Shown in pieces: positions 19,074 to 28,905 of a stretch of 64,000 nt of DNA. Within the stretch, counting starts at the first letter, position 1; each line of letters starts with the position of its first letter. The DNA lies in the NCBI GenBank assembly GCA_050259235.1, contig JBLNAG010000001.1, forward strand, positions 160,010 to 224,009. Direction: 5' to 3'. Under the pieces are notes generated by a model. That model made no database searches. It had not been told where the DNA came from and was given only the letters and a program-made list of their open reading frames with translations. The stretch is from Ignavibacteriales bacterium (GTDB taxonomy: Bacteria; Bacillota_I; Bacilli_A; RF39; UBA660). Made by a program: the position numbers and the translations under genes.

Positions 19074-20177
19074 TTATAAAACGTTTTTAGAAATAGTTAT
19101 TACCGGTCTTAACCCATAAGCATTGCTAGAACTTACTGTTGTATCATTGCCGATTAATGAACTATAGTAGCGTACACTCCATGCACTTCCAACAGTACCT
19201 GAAATAGAAGTCGATGCCCAATAGCCAAATAGGTTATTGTCAGCTACACTACAACCATAATTTGTACAATTATATGTATAGTTATATAACCAACTATACT
19301 TTCCAGTATATGTACTTGGTGTAGATGTTGAATTGTTATCAAAAAAGAAATAATTTGAGCCTAATGAAGTAGTTTCATTAAAACTAGTGTTCCCAGTAAT
19401 CATAGCAACTTCGTTCGCTGATATAATTCTTGCCTTATATCCACTATAATTAATCGTATATGTTGATGATCCATTACTTACACTATAACTATCTGTTCTT
19501 GTTGGGACTCCTGCCCATGAACTTGTATCTGATTGAAGACGAGTTAATATTTCGTTTGGTCCACTCACTGTACTCGCACTTGAATTCCAAGCTATAGTTG
19601 AGGTTGTATTATGATCTAATATCATATTAATTGTACCACTAGTATTTCCACCGTCATTAAATGTATGCCATTTCATACAACCTGTTTTTGTTCCGGTTGT
19701 ACTTACCGCTTCTGCTGAAGTACAAGTTACTCCTGTTACCGGATTAAAATATATTGCAGTACCATTAGCATATACTGGATAAAGTTCTTCTACTTGACTA
19801 CCCTCTACTACCTCTATATCTTCTGTTGTCATGGTCTTTGTAGCAGTAAATGAACCATTAGTTACACTTAAAACTACATTACAACTGCTATCCACTATAG
19901 CAGTTCCATTGATAGGTAAAGCACCTTTAATATTTAAACTAGGTGATATAACACCATCATCAAATTTGTAGGTGGTAGTTATTGTTTCCTTTTTTAATAT
20001 TTGCAATTGACATTTATCTTCCATCACATCAACTAAATTGTTTGCAGTAGTTGTAAATGCCTTTTTTCTTGCATCATCTATTAGTCCTATAATAATTGGT
20101 GATGCAATTAGTGCTATTATTGACAAAATAATAATAACAGCCAATAATTCAATTAATGTAAATCCTCTTGTTTTCAC
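19074..20177 (-). CDS. Type IV prepilin-like protein with large Ser/Thr-rich C-terminal domain
   Basis: KTRG/FTLIELLAVIIILSII class III signal; C-terminus YW...AW.V...YGLRPVITI. Confidence 0.85.
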   Translation of the reverse strand: MKTRGFTLIELLAVIIILSIIALIASPIIIGLIDDARKKAFTTTANNLVDVMEDKCQLQILKKETITTTYKFDDGVISPSLNIKGALPINGTAIVDSSCNVVLSVTNGSFTATKTMTTEDIEVVEGSQVEELYPVYANGTAIYFNPVTGVTCTSAEAVSTTGTKTGCMKWHTFNDGGNTSGTINMILDHNTTSTIAWNSSASTVSGPNEILTRLQSDTSSWAGVPTRTDSYSVSNGSSTYTINYSGYKARIISANEVAMITGNTSFNETTSLGSNYFFFDNNSTSTPSTYTGKYSWLYNYTYNCTNYGCSVADNNLFGYWASTSISGTVGSAWSVRYYSSLIGNDTTVSSSNAYGLRPVITISKNVL

Positions 20178-20305
20178 TAAACTTCCTCCATACTTCGATT
20201 TTATTCATTTTAACATCTTTGAGTTTATTTTTCAATATAATAATAAAAATGTTAACTGATTAATTAACATTTTATTTACTCAAAGGTTTGAGTTTTGTAT
20301 CATAA

Positions 20306-20381
20306 TGGTGCTGGAAATAGGAATCGAACCTACGACCTATCGATTACGAGACGATTGCTCTACCTACTGAGCTACTCCAGC
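20306..20381 (-). tRNA. tRNA-Thr(CGT)
   Basis: GCTGGAGTAGCTCAGTAGGTAGAGC...CTCGTAA...GGTTCGATTCC...CCAGCACCA. Confidence 0.95.
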
Positions 20382-20464
20382 ATAAATATAGTATATCATA
20401 TCTTAAAATTTTTTTATATCTTTAAAATGTTTTCTAATAAATAAAAAAACACCATTTGGTGTTT

Positions 20465-21262
20465 TTAATCATTATATTTTTCACTGACATATTTAGTCGC
20501 TACTAAACCAATTATAAATGTTAAAATTGAATAAATAATATTTAAACCACTTGGCATTCCTGGGAATACTTCAATAATTGATCCACCAACAAACCCTAGA
20601 ATAAGTAAATAAGTTTTAGATGGTTGCTTAATTAAGAAGTTTTCTAATAACTTAGTAGTAAAAATAACTCCTAACATTGTACCAATTAAAATTGGTATTA
20701 AATAATTTAAATCTATTGTTTTAATAGCATCAATTGTTTTATCATATAAACCAAAGGTTAATAATAGAAAAGATGTACTTATACCGGGTAATATAAGAGC
20801 AACAGCTATAATAACACCTGCAAATACTAAAAAGGCAAAATTAGCTATTCCAGTAGCTCCAGATAAGTTAACTACTGTATCTTTATAGAATGTCATTAAT
20901 ATTACTATTAAAAAACCAATTATAACAAATATTAAATCTTTTTTATTATGTTCTTTTGCTTTTGATTGTTTATATAGTATTGGAATCCCACCACATACAA
21001 TACCAAGAAATAAGAACGTTACTGGATATTTAAAATGTTCTAGTCCATAATCAACAATTGAACCAAAACTTATAATACCTAAAACTGCTCCTAAACCAAC
21101 TATCATTAAGAATATCATATTCTTTTTTATTTCTTTAAAAAACGAACTAACTGCATGAATTAAATCATCATATATTCCAACTACTATCGCCATTGTACCA
21201 CCACTTACACCTGGTACTATAGTAGCAATTCCAATAGCAATTCCCTTAATAAAATTTTTCAT
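20465..21262 (-). CDS. DUF368 family membrane protein (undecaprenyl-phosphate translocase family)
   Basis: Duplicated IVPGVSGGTMA / ILPGISTS motifs. Confidence 0.9.
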   Translation of the reverse strand: MKNFIKGIAIGIATIVPGVSGGTMAIVVGIYDDLIHAVSSFFKEIKKNMIFLMIVGLGAVLGIISFGSIVDYGLEHFKYPVTFLFLGIVCGGIPILYKQSKAKEHNKKDLIFVIIGFLIVILMTFYKDTVVNLSGATGIANFAFLVFAGVIIAVALILPGISTSFLLLTFGLYDKTIDAIKTIDLNYLIPILIGTMLGVIFTTKLLENFLIKQPSKTYLLILGFVGGSIIEVFPGMPSGLNIIYSILTFIIGLVATKYVSEKYND

Positions 21263-21321
21263 TTAACACCTCTTCTATATCATTACTAAATAAAAAACGA
21301 TTTGTAATCGCTTCCCACTTA

Positions 21322-21423
21322 CTATTCACTAGCTTCAGAAACATGATCTCTTACATATTCATAAAAGTTTAATGCTGTAGGTACTTCTTTTTCAAGAATA
21401 GGAATGAATTTTGTTTCTTCCAT
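21322..21423 (-). CDS. 33-aa small protein
   Basis: Not in ORF track; AGGAAGG SD, TGATACAAT upstream, MEETKFIPILEKEVPTALNFYEYVRDHVSEASE, double stop TAG TAA. Confidence 0.55.
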   Translation of the reverse strand: MEETKFIPILEKEVPTALNFYEYVRDHVSEASE

Positions 21424-21607
21424 AATTACCTTCCTAATATACTATTATTGTATCATAATAATATTTTAAATTAAATATATTTTAAAAAACCTGTAAATTA
21501 ATTGATTATTGCATGTAAAGAAAAAAACCTTAATAATAAGGTTTAAATTTCAGATTCAGATTTCTTTAATACTAATTTTTTTGGAGGTTTATTTTTAGTC
21601 ATAAAGT

Positions 21608-22279
21608 TTATTTGCAAAATCCTTCTTCATAACTCATAAATGATGGTCCTATATAAATATCATTATTTTGACCATTTTTACCAGTCTTATTTTTACATAT
21701 CAATATTGAAAAACCATATTTTGCTTTTTCATTCTTAATATCTTTATAAATACTAGTTCCCCCATCATGCCATCCATTGTAGTATGTTAAAAAATTAATT
21801 ATATGAGGTAGTATAATTTCTTTATTCTTTAATGCTTTAGATAAAGTCATTGGACCATCTGCAAAGTTTATTTCCACTTCATCTAAACACCATAAATAAT
21901 AATCTCTACCTTCATTATCAGTATAATATAATTTAGATTTCGAACATTTCTTTTGTTCTTTTACTGTAAAAAAGTAATCACCACTATAATCATCATAGTC
22001 TATTTTTCTATATAATTCCTTTTTATCATACCATAACCCAAATTTTATTGCATTTTGTATTCTTGATGGTTCACTGTAATATGAGATATCTATATCCCTT
22101 TGAATTTTATATCCTATTCCCCAACAGGTTTCATTAGAATGTGGTCTATCAAGTTTATTTATGCAAAATAACGGTGTCTTATGGTTAATGACTCTATCAT
22201 AGTCAATTGCACCAAATGTTAATCCAGATATAATCAAAATAGCAAATAATAATATAATTACTTTAATATACTTGGGCAT
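21608..22279 (-). CDS. Hypothetical N-anchored/exported protein, Cys-rich
   Basis: N-terminal hydrophobic helix, AAGGTG SD, own TGATATAAT promoter. Confidence 0.7.
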   Translation of the reverse strand: MPKYIKVIILLFAILIISGLTFGAIDYDRVINHKTPLFCINKLDRPHSNETCWGIGYKIQRDIDISYYSEPSRIQNAIKFGLWYDKKELYRKIDYDDYSGDYFFTVKEQKKCSKSKLYYTDNEGRDYYLWCLDEVEINFADGPMTLSKALKNKEIILPHIINFLTYYNGWHDGGTSIYKDIKNEKAKYGFSILICKNKTGKNGQNNDIYIGPSFMSYEEGFCK

Positions 22280-22359
22280 ATATCATACACCTTACCTATT
22301 CTTACACTATAATTATATCACAATAAAAAGAGATTTATTAATCTCTTTTTTATTTTCAT

Positions 22360-22446
22360 TGGTGCAAAAGACGGGAGTTGAACCCGCACAGAATTTCTTC
22401 CACAAGCCCCTCAAACTTGTGTGTCTACCAATTCCACCACTCTTGC
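22360..22446 (-). tRNA. tRNA-Leu(GAG)
   Basis: GCAAGAGTGGTGGAATTGGTAGACAC, loop TTGAGGG, long variable arm, GGTTCAACTCC, CCA. Confidence 0.95.
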
Positions 22447-22464
22447 AAAAAGCAGCCGAAGCTA

Positions 22465-23790
22465 CTAATTTTTTAAGGCTTTAAACATCTTCTTCCATAA
22501 ACCACTAGAAGAATAATTTAATATACCAACTTTATAAATCTTTAAACCATATTTAATTAATAAATAATTAGTTATAAGAATCAATACCATTGAAACTATT
22601 ATATCAAAAATTCCTATTTGACCTAAAACTAATAATGAAGGTGAAAGAATTGCTGATATAAGCGGTATATATGAGAATACTTTGATAAATGTTGCTCCTT
22701 CAAATACACCAGCCATCATTGATAAATAATAACCAATTAAAGATATTATAATAATAGGTGTTTGTAATTGTTGGAAATCTTCAATATTTGTAGTCATTGA
22801 TGCAAGAATTCCAGCAAGTAATGAATAAGCAATAAAGGTTAAAACCATTAATAGTATAGTTAAAGGAAGAATATATATTAACTTTTCTCCCATACCAGTC
22901 TTTAATAAATCACTAATCATATTACCTACTTGATCAGTAATGCCATTTACAATACCATTAGTACCTATTAATTTACGGATTATTAATCCTGCTGCACTAA
23001 ATAAGAATAATAGTCCAGCTTGGAATAAAACAAATAAATTACCAGCTACTACCTTAGCAAAGAAATGAGTAGTTGGACTAACATTAGATATAATTATTTC
23101 CATACCACGTGTTGATTTTTCATCATTTACTTCTGCACCTATCATTTGTACTAAGAAGATTGTAAGCATAAAGAATGGTAATATAATGAATGGAAATACT
23201 GTGGACATAATCATTTCCATACTTTCTTCTTTATTAGTTTTATCTTTACTTAGATAAATTCTTTCAATATTAGTAGCAGCATAAATTTTATTTATTTCTT
23301 CAATACTTATATTAGATTCATGGATAGCAAGCGCTACCTTAGTATTGTTAATAGCATTATTAACAAGTTGTGTATCAACCATATCCATGTATTCTTTAGT
23401 TATTAATTGTACATCTAAAACATTTTTTTCAGACTTGTTAAATACGATCAATAAACTAAGATTTTTTTCTTCTTTATTTAACATCTTTTTAGCGTCTTCA
23501 ACATCTTTATCATATTTTGTTACTACATATGAAGACTCTTCTGATTGATTTAAAGTCTTACTTGAAATAGTCATTTGTTCATTAAATAGATCATATGACA
23601 TACCAGTATTATCAATAACATAAATCTTTTGTTTTTCATTAAAGTCTCCACCAAAAGCAGTAATAATAGTATCAATATTAATTAAACCAATAATAACTAA
23701 TCCAAGTATGATATTAGCTATCATAAACCATTTTGTTTTTATTTTTCTCTTTAAACTAACACCAATTAAAAAATTTAATTTACTTTTCAT
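22465..23790 (-). CDS. ABC-2 type permease (YhaP/NatB-like)
   Basis: EKSTRGMEIIISNV motif, six TM; likely start MKSKL at 23790. Confidence 0.88.
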   Translation of the reverse strand: MKSKLNFLIGVSLKRKIKTKWFMIANIILGLVIIGLINIDTIITAFGGDFNEKQKIYVIDNTGMSYDLFNEQMTISSKTLNQSEESSYVVTKYDKDVEDAKKMLNKEEKNLSLLIVFNKSEKNVLDVQLITKEYMDMVDTQLVNNAINNTKVALAIHESNISIEEINKIYAATNIERIYLSKDKTNKEESMEMIMSTVFPFIILPFFMLTIFLVQMIGAEVNDEKSTRGMEIIISNVSPTTHFFAKVVAGNLFVLFQAGLLFLFSAAGLIIRKLIGTNGIVNGITDQVGNMISDLLKTGMGEKLIYILPLTILLMVLTFIAYSLLAGILASMTTNIEDFQQLQTPIIIISLIGYYLSMMAGVFEGATFIKVFSYIPLISAILSPSLLVLGQIGIFDIIVSMVLILITNYLLIKYGLKIYKVGILNYSSSGLWKKMFKALKN

Positions 23791-24679
23791 ATTTATCACC
23801 TACTTTAGATATAAATATTTCGTTTAATGATGGTTCTTCAACAACAAATTTAGTAACATCCTTAGCCTTACTTATAGCTTTAAAAACACTACTAACTTTA
23901 CTATTATCAACTATTTTTACTTCAAATTCATCAGCTTTTTCAATAACATCAATAACACCATCTATTTTTTCTAACTCTTTCTTAGCAATATCAGCTTTAA
24001 TAAGTATATTCTTTTTACGATATTGTTCCTTTATATCTTTAAGATAACCTTCTATTACTGATTTTCCTTTTAATAAAATTACTAATTTCTTACAAAATAA
24101 TTCAACATGTTCCATACGATGGGAAGAAAATATAATCATACTTCCTTTAGCAGCCATCTCAACAATTTCTTTTTTAAATAATTCAACATTAAATGGATCT
24201 AAACCTGCAAATGGTTCATCTAATATTACTAATTTTGGTTCATTAATAATAGCCGTAATGAATTGGATTTTTTGTTGATTACCTTTAGAAAGTTCCTTTA
24301 TCTTTTTATCAATATATTCAGGAATTTCAAATTTCTTCAATAAAAATTCTAATCTTTCAATTATCTTTTCATTACTCATGCCTTTTAGAGTACCAAAAAA
24401 AATACATTGTTCTCTAACTGTCATTTTAGTAAGTAAACTTCTTTCTTCAGTTAAAAAACCAATATTATCTGTTTGACTATAATCAATTGGTTTACCATCT
24501 AAAGTAATAGTACCCCCATCAGATTCTAATAGTCCCATTATCATTCTAAATGTCGTTGTCTTACCAGCACCATTGACCCCTAATAAACCAAATATTTCAC
24601 CTGGTTTAACAGTAAAAGACAATTTATCAACCGCTAAAAAGTCACCATAATATTTTGTGACATTTTCAACCTTTAACAT
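23780..24679 (-). CDS. ABC transporter ATP-binding protein (YhaQ-like)
   Basis: GVNGAGKTT, LSKGNQQK, LDEPFAGLD, EPSLNEIF. Confidence 0.92.
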   Translation of the reverse strand: MLKVENVTKYYGDFLAVDKLSFTVKPGEIFGLLGVNGAGKTTTFRMIMGLLESDGGTITLDGKPIDYSQTDNIGFLTEERSLLTKMTVREQCIFFGTLKGMSNEKIIERLEFLLKKFEIPEYIDKKIKELSKGNQQKIQFITAIINEPKLVILDEPFAGLDPFNVELFKKEIVEMAAKGSMIIFSSHRMEHVELFCKKLVILLKGKSVIEGYLKDIKEQYRKKNILIKADIAKKELEKIDGVIDVIEKADEFEVKIVDNSKVSSVFKAISKAKDVTKFVVEEPSLNEIFISKVGDKYEK

Positions 24680-24691
24680 ATTACCACCCTC

Positions 24692-25039
24692 TCATAACCA
24701 TTTAGTACTTACTACTTTTGATAAACTATTTTTTTCAAATTCTTTATATAAATTCTCTAAATTTTCATCTAGATCTTCATAATAATCCATATTATTATTT
24801 GATAATTCCAATTCCTTTAGATAAAATTGAACATATTGGTGAAATCTTTCATTTTTTACATATTCACCTACTAGTTTATCAAATAATTTTATTTTTCTAG
24901 GTTGAGGTTTATATAGATTCCCAAATATAAATTCTTGATAATAATTAATAATTCTCTGTGATATAAAATCTTCTTCATCAAAATTATAATTGGTTATTTC
25001 ATTATAGTTAGGAGTATATTTTAATACTTTATTTTTCAT
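24692..25039 (-). CDS. Hypothetical protein
   Basis: Tightly packed between rseP and ABC ATPase; likely start MKNKV. Confidence 0.65.
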   Translation of the reverse strand: MKNKVLKYTPNYNEITNYNFDEEDFISQRIINYYQEFIFGNLYKPQPRKIKLFDKLVGEYVKNERFHQYVQFYLKELELSNNNMDYYEDLDENLENLYKEFEKNSLSKVVSTKWL

Positions 25040-25043
25040 AAAA

Positions 25044-26090
25044 TCATCCCTTAACAAAAATTCGAACTATATCATTGTATGTTATAAATACCATTAAAAG
25101 CATCAGTAACAAAAATCCAACACTATGAATTACATTTTCTACTTTTTGATTTACTGGACTACCTTTAAGTTTTTCAATAATTAAGAATAAAATACGTCCA
25201 CCATCAAAGGCTGGGATTGGTAATAAATTAATAAAACCAACATTAATACTAATATAAGCTAATAAAAATATTATATTTACTAAACCAGTACGAGCAGTCT
25301 CACCCACAATATTATATATACCAATTGGACCTGCTAAATTATCAAGACTAATTGCCCCAGTAATTAAATATGTAATTACTAAAAACATTTGCTCAACAAG
25401 ATATCCTGTTTTTAAAAATGCGTATTGTAATGAAGCAAAGAAACCTTTTTCAAAAGTTGTAGTTAAAGTAAAACCATATACATAACTTTCGGTTTTATCT
25501 TCATTAGTTACCTTTTTTGGACTAATAGTAATATCTTCAACTTTGTCATTTCTCTTTACTTCTAAAGTTACTTTCTTACCAGAATTAACTTGTAATTCAA
25601 GCATTAAACGATCTGTTGAAGTAATACGTTTATCATTAATTTTAATAATGACGTCCCCAGTTTTTAATCCTGCACTATAAGCTGGTAAAGTCTTATCAGT
25701 TACATCAACAACAGGCTTAGTAGATGGTGCCCCATTAAATAAAGCTATAAAAAAGAAAATAACAATTGCAAGAATAAAATTAAATAATATCCCAGCAATA
25801 ATAGTTAAAAATCTTTGTGTCCAAGTTTTATTAGTAAGTTGTCTATTTTTTGGAACACTACTATCTTCTTCTATTTCTTCACCTGCCATTTGAACAAATC
25901 CACCAATTGGAAATAGTCTAATAGCATATAGAGTTTCATCATTTTTTCTTCTAAAACTCCATATTTTAGGACCCATTCCTAAGGAAAACTCATGACAATA
26001 TATACCCGCTTTTTTGGCAAATATAAAGTGACCAAGTTCATGTACAAATATTGTTACTCCCAAAATAAGAATAAAATAAACAATTGTCAT
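25044..26090 (-). CDS. rseP: RIP metalloprotease RseP
   Basis: HELGH, PDZ domain, NLLPIPAFDGG; follows cdsA. Confidence 0.95.
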   Translation of the reverse strand: MTIVYFILILGVTIFVHELGHFIFAKKAGIYCHEFSLGMGPKIWSFRRKNDETLYAIRLFPIGGFVQMAGEEIEEDSSVPKNRQLTNKTWTQRFLTIIAGILFNFILAIVIFFFIALFNGAPSTKPVVDVTDKTLPAYSAGLKTGDVIIKINDKRITSTDRLMLELQVNSGKKVTLEVKRNDKVEDITISPKKVTNEDKTESYVYGFTLTTTFEKGFFASLQYAFLKTGYLVEQMFLVITYLITGAISLDNLAGPIGIYNIVGETARTGLVNIIFLLAYISINVGFINLLPIPAFDGGRILFLIIEKLKGSPVNQKVENVIHSVGFLLLMLLMVFITYNDIVRIFVKG

Positions 26091-26102
26091 AATAACCTCC
26101 TA

Positions 26103-26903
26103 TTATAAGATTGAGATAAAAAACATAAAACCTAATAATACAAATATAATACTATCTAATCTATCTAATACTCCCCCATGTCCAGGCATAATATTAGAAA
26201 AATCTTTCTTATTATAAAATCTTTTCATTGATGAGAAGAATAAATCTCCAAATTCACCAATTAAAGATAAGAAAGTTGTAATTAAAATAACTAACCATAT
26301 AGATATTTCAGGATTAATTACAGTATGATAAAACATTGTTCCAACAAACACTCCCATTATAGTACCACCTATTAAACCTTCCCAAGTTTTCTTAGGTGAA
26401 ATTACTTCTAATAGTTTATGTTTACCAACTAACATACCTGTAACTAAAGCAAAAGTGTCAGTAATAATCGTTATTAAGAATAAATATATTATAATATTCA
26501 AACTTTCTTGTCTTAAACAAATTAATAGTAACATTGATAAGGCTAAAAAGAAAACCCCACCAATTAAATAAAAAGCATCATTTACATTATATTTATCTTG
26601 ATCATGATATAACACTGTAGGTAATAAAAATGATAAAAATAAAGCTGCTAAAATAGTATAATCTATATTTAAAGTAACTGTTTCACTTTGTAACCCAAAT
26701 AAAAGAATAAGAGTTAAAAAGGTATATGAAATAAATTGAATAAATGTAGGAGTCTTTCTCTTGGTATCCTTTACATCCATAAATTCTTTTAACCCAATAA
26801 TCGATAATATAAAGACTGCTATATTAAAAATAGTACCTCCAATAATAAAAATAGGTACAAAAATAGCGAGTGCTACTATTGCACTAATCACTCTTTTTTT
26901 CAT
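26103..26903 (-). CDS. cdsA: Phosphatidate cytidylyltransferase
   Basis: SPKKTWEG, KDFSNIMPGHGGVLDRLDS. Confidence 0.95.
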   Translation of the reverse strand: MKKRVISAIVALAIFVPIFIIGGTIFNIAVFILSIIGLKEFMDVKDTKRKTPTFIQFISYTFLTLILLFGLQSETVTLNIDYTILAALFLSFLLPTVLYHDQDKYNVNDAFYLIGGVFFLALSMLLLICLRQESLNIIIYLFLITIITDTFALVTGMLVGKHKLLEVISPKKTWEGLIGGTIMGVFVGTMFYHTVINPEISIWLVILITTFLSLIGEFGDLFFSSMKRFYNKKDFSNIMPGHGGVLDRLDSIIFVLLGFMFFISIL

Positions 26904-27615
26904 AATTAATTCCTCCAAATCTGCGATCTCTTTCAGTATAATCTAAAATTGCTTTATCAAATTCTTTTTTATTAAAATCTGGAAAATAAGTAGGCGTAAA
27001 ATAAAATTCTGCATAAGACATTTGCCATAACATAAAATTACTAATACGATATTCACCACTTGTTCTAATTAATAAATCCATTGGTGGTAGATCATTATAT
27101 AAGTATTTTTTAAATATTTCTTCATCTAAATTTTCAATTTCAAGTTTATTATTTATAGCATCGTTATTTATCTTTTTACATGCATCTATTATTTCACTAT
27201 GACCACCATAATTTAAGCAAAAATTAACAATTCCCCCAGTATTATTTTTAGTCATTTCTGTCATTTCATCCATAGTATCAAGAACACTTTTTTTTAAAGG
27301 CTCTCTTCTACCTGAAAATATTATTTTTATATTATCTTTTTGATATTTTTTACGATCTTTTTTAAATTTACTAGTAAATAAATCCATTAAATAATCTACT
27401 TCTTCTTTACTTCTTTTAAAGTTTTCAGTAGAAAATACATATAGACTTAATACTTTTATACCTTTAGACAAAACATATCTAGTAAGCTTTTCTAAATTAT
27501 CTGCTCCTGCTTTATGTCCAAAACTTCTAGATAATCCTCTTTTTTTGGCCCATCTTCCGTTGCCATCTACAATAATACCAACATGATCTGGTATTTTTAA
27601 ATTGTCGTAATTCAT
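26884..27615 (-). CDS. uppS: Undecaprenyl diphosphate synthase
   Basis: DGNGRWA, FSTENFKRS, IRTSGEYRISNFMLWQ. Confidence 0.96.
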   Translation of the reverse strand: MNYDNLKIPDHVGIIVDGNGRWAKKRGLSRSFGHKAGADNLEKLTRYVLSKGIKVLSLYVFSTENFKRSKEEVDYLMDLFTSKFKKDRKKYQKDNIKIIFSGRREPLKKSVLDTMDEMTEMTKNNTGGIVNFCLNYGGHSEIIDACKKINNDAINNKLEIENLDEEIFKKYLYNDLPPMDLLIRTSGEYRISNFMLWQMSYAEFYFTPTYFPDFNKKEFDKAILDYTERDRRFGGINYEKKSD

Positions 27616-27689
27616 AAGAACCTCACTATCTATATAATATTATAATACATTCTTATCATTTATACAAGAAAAAAGAAGCCATGCTTCTT

Positions 27690-27935
27690 TTAAAATGAAT
27701 CTATATTTATTCGAACTTTCTTTTCGCCATTAGTATAGGCTGATGCTTGAACAATGGTTCTAATTGAATTAGCGATATTACCGCCTTTTCCAATAATAGC
27801 TCCCATTTCATCCTCATTAACTAAGACTTGGATAATCATTGTATCATCCTCATCATCGAATTGTTTTACAGACACCATATCAGGATCTTTAACTAAACTT
27901 TTTACTAAAAATTCTGTTAATTCTACCATCTTCAT
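27690..27935 (-). CDS. khpA: KH-domain RNA-binding protein KhpA
   Basis: MGAIIGKGG; directly after rpsP. Confidence 0.9.
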   Translation of the reverse strand: MKMVELTEFLVKSLVKDPDMVSVKQFDDEDDTMIIQVLVNEDEMGAIIGKGGNIANSIRTIVQASAYTNGEKKVRINIDSF

Positions 27936-27937
27936 AA

Positions 27938-28213
27938 TTATTTAGTTTCTTTCTTTGAATTGTGGAATTTTTCCATAATTCCTTTTTTACTAAATAAATC
28001 TCTAACAGTATCTGTAGGTATAGCACCATTTTGTAACCATTTCATAGCTACTTCTTCATTAACTGTGATTTCAGCTGGTGTTTTAATAGGATCATAAGTA
28101 CCTATTAATTCAATAAACTTTCCATCTCTTGGACTTCTTGAATCAGCTGCTACTATACGATAGAAAGGTTTTTTAGTTGCTCCCATTCTTTTTAATCTTA
28201 ATTTAACTGCCAT
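27938..28213 (-). CDS. rpsP: 30S ribosomal protein S16
   Basis: [28 protein letters not shown]. Confidence 0.98.
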   Translation of the reverse strand: MAVKLRLKRMGATKKPFYRIVAADSRSPRDGKFIELIGTYDPIKTPAEITVNEEVAMKWLQNGAIPTDTVRDLFSKKGIMEKFHNSKKETK

Positions 28214-28238
28214 TTGTTTCCCTCCATTTCTTTAAAAC

Positions 28239-28284
28239 ATTTTAACACAAAAAAAAGGAAGTGTCAACCATATATTGTTGACAC
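28239..28284 (-). promoter_or_regulatory. rpsP promoter overlapping cotE terminator hairpin
   Basis: TTGACA-N17-TAAAAT; the TTGACA is in one arm of GTGTCAAC-N8-GTTGACAC, followed by a T run. Confidence 0.7.
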
Positions 28285-28288
28285 TTAA

Positions 28289-28819
28289 TTATATGAATTT
28301 TTCCGTTACACTTTCTTCAATTTCTTTTTCGATTTTTTCGTCAACTTCATCTTCTATTTCATCCCAAGGTTCTTCGTCATCTTCAACTGATATCTTTATT
28401 TTAGTTTCTCCGACTATTTCTACACCTAATTCTTTTTCAATATCAAATTTAATAACACCGTCTTCAATATCAACCTTAGAACATGTAGGTTGTTTTAATG
28501 TTCTAACAATAATATCAGTGTCTCCGGATAAATCATCACTAGCTTTTGTCTTAACATTGAATAATTCATTATAATCTATTCTTTCATTTAATACACTAGT
28601 TTTACTATCATTATCATATGAGTACCAGATATTTACATCACATGATCCATCAACACCGACTTTATCACCTGATTTATATCCTTTAAATTTGTGATTTATT
28701 ATCCAACAACCTAATACATTGGTAGGATTATTATCTGCATTAATACTATAATTGTTCTTAAAATATTTTTTGCCTTTCCCAATAATAGATTTTGTAACTA
28801 TTTCTTTATATGATGCCAC
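28289..28819 (-). CDS. cotE: Outer spore coat morphogenetic protein CotE
   Basis: YKEIVTKSIIGKG, LGCWIINH, DVNIWYSYDN, EIVGETK, acidic tail; GTG start after GAGGTG. Confidence 0.92.
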   Translation of the reverse strand: MASYKEIVTKSIIGKGKKYFKNNYSINADNNPTNVLGCWIINHKFKGYKSGDKVGVDGSCDVNIWYSYDNDSKTSVLNERIDYNELFNVKTKASDDLSGDTDIIVRTLKQPTCSKVDIEDGVIKFDIEKELGVEIVGETKIKISVEDDEEPWDEIEDEVDEKIEKEIEESVTEKFI

Positions 28820-28905
28820 TTTATCACCTCTCACTTTAATATATGAAAGTCTATAAAAAAGTTAACAAAAAAGTAGTTATAAAACTACTTTTTCATAATA
28901 CATTA

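Noticed and set aside
22272-22484. 70-aa plus-strand ORF
   Set aside because: It is the antisense read of tRNA-Leu(GAG)
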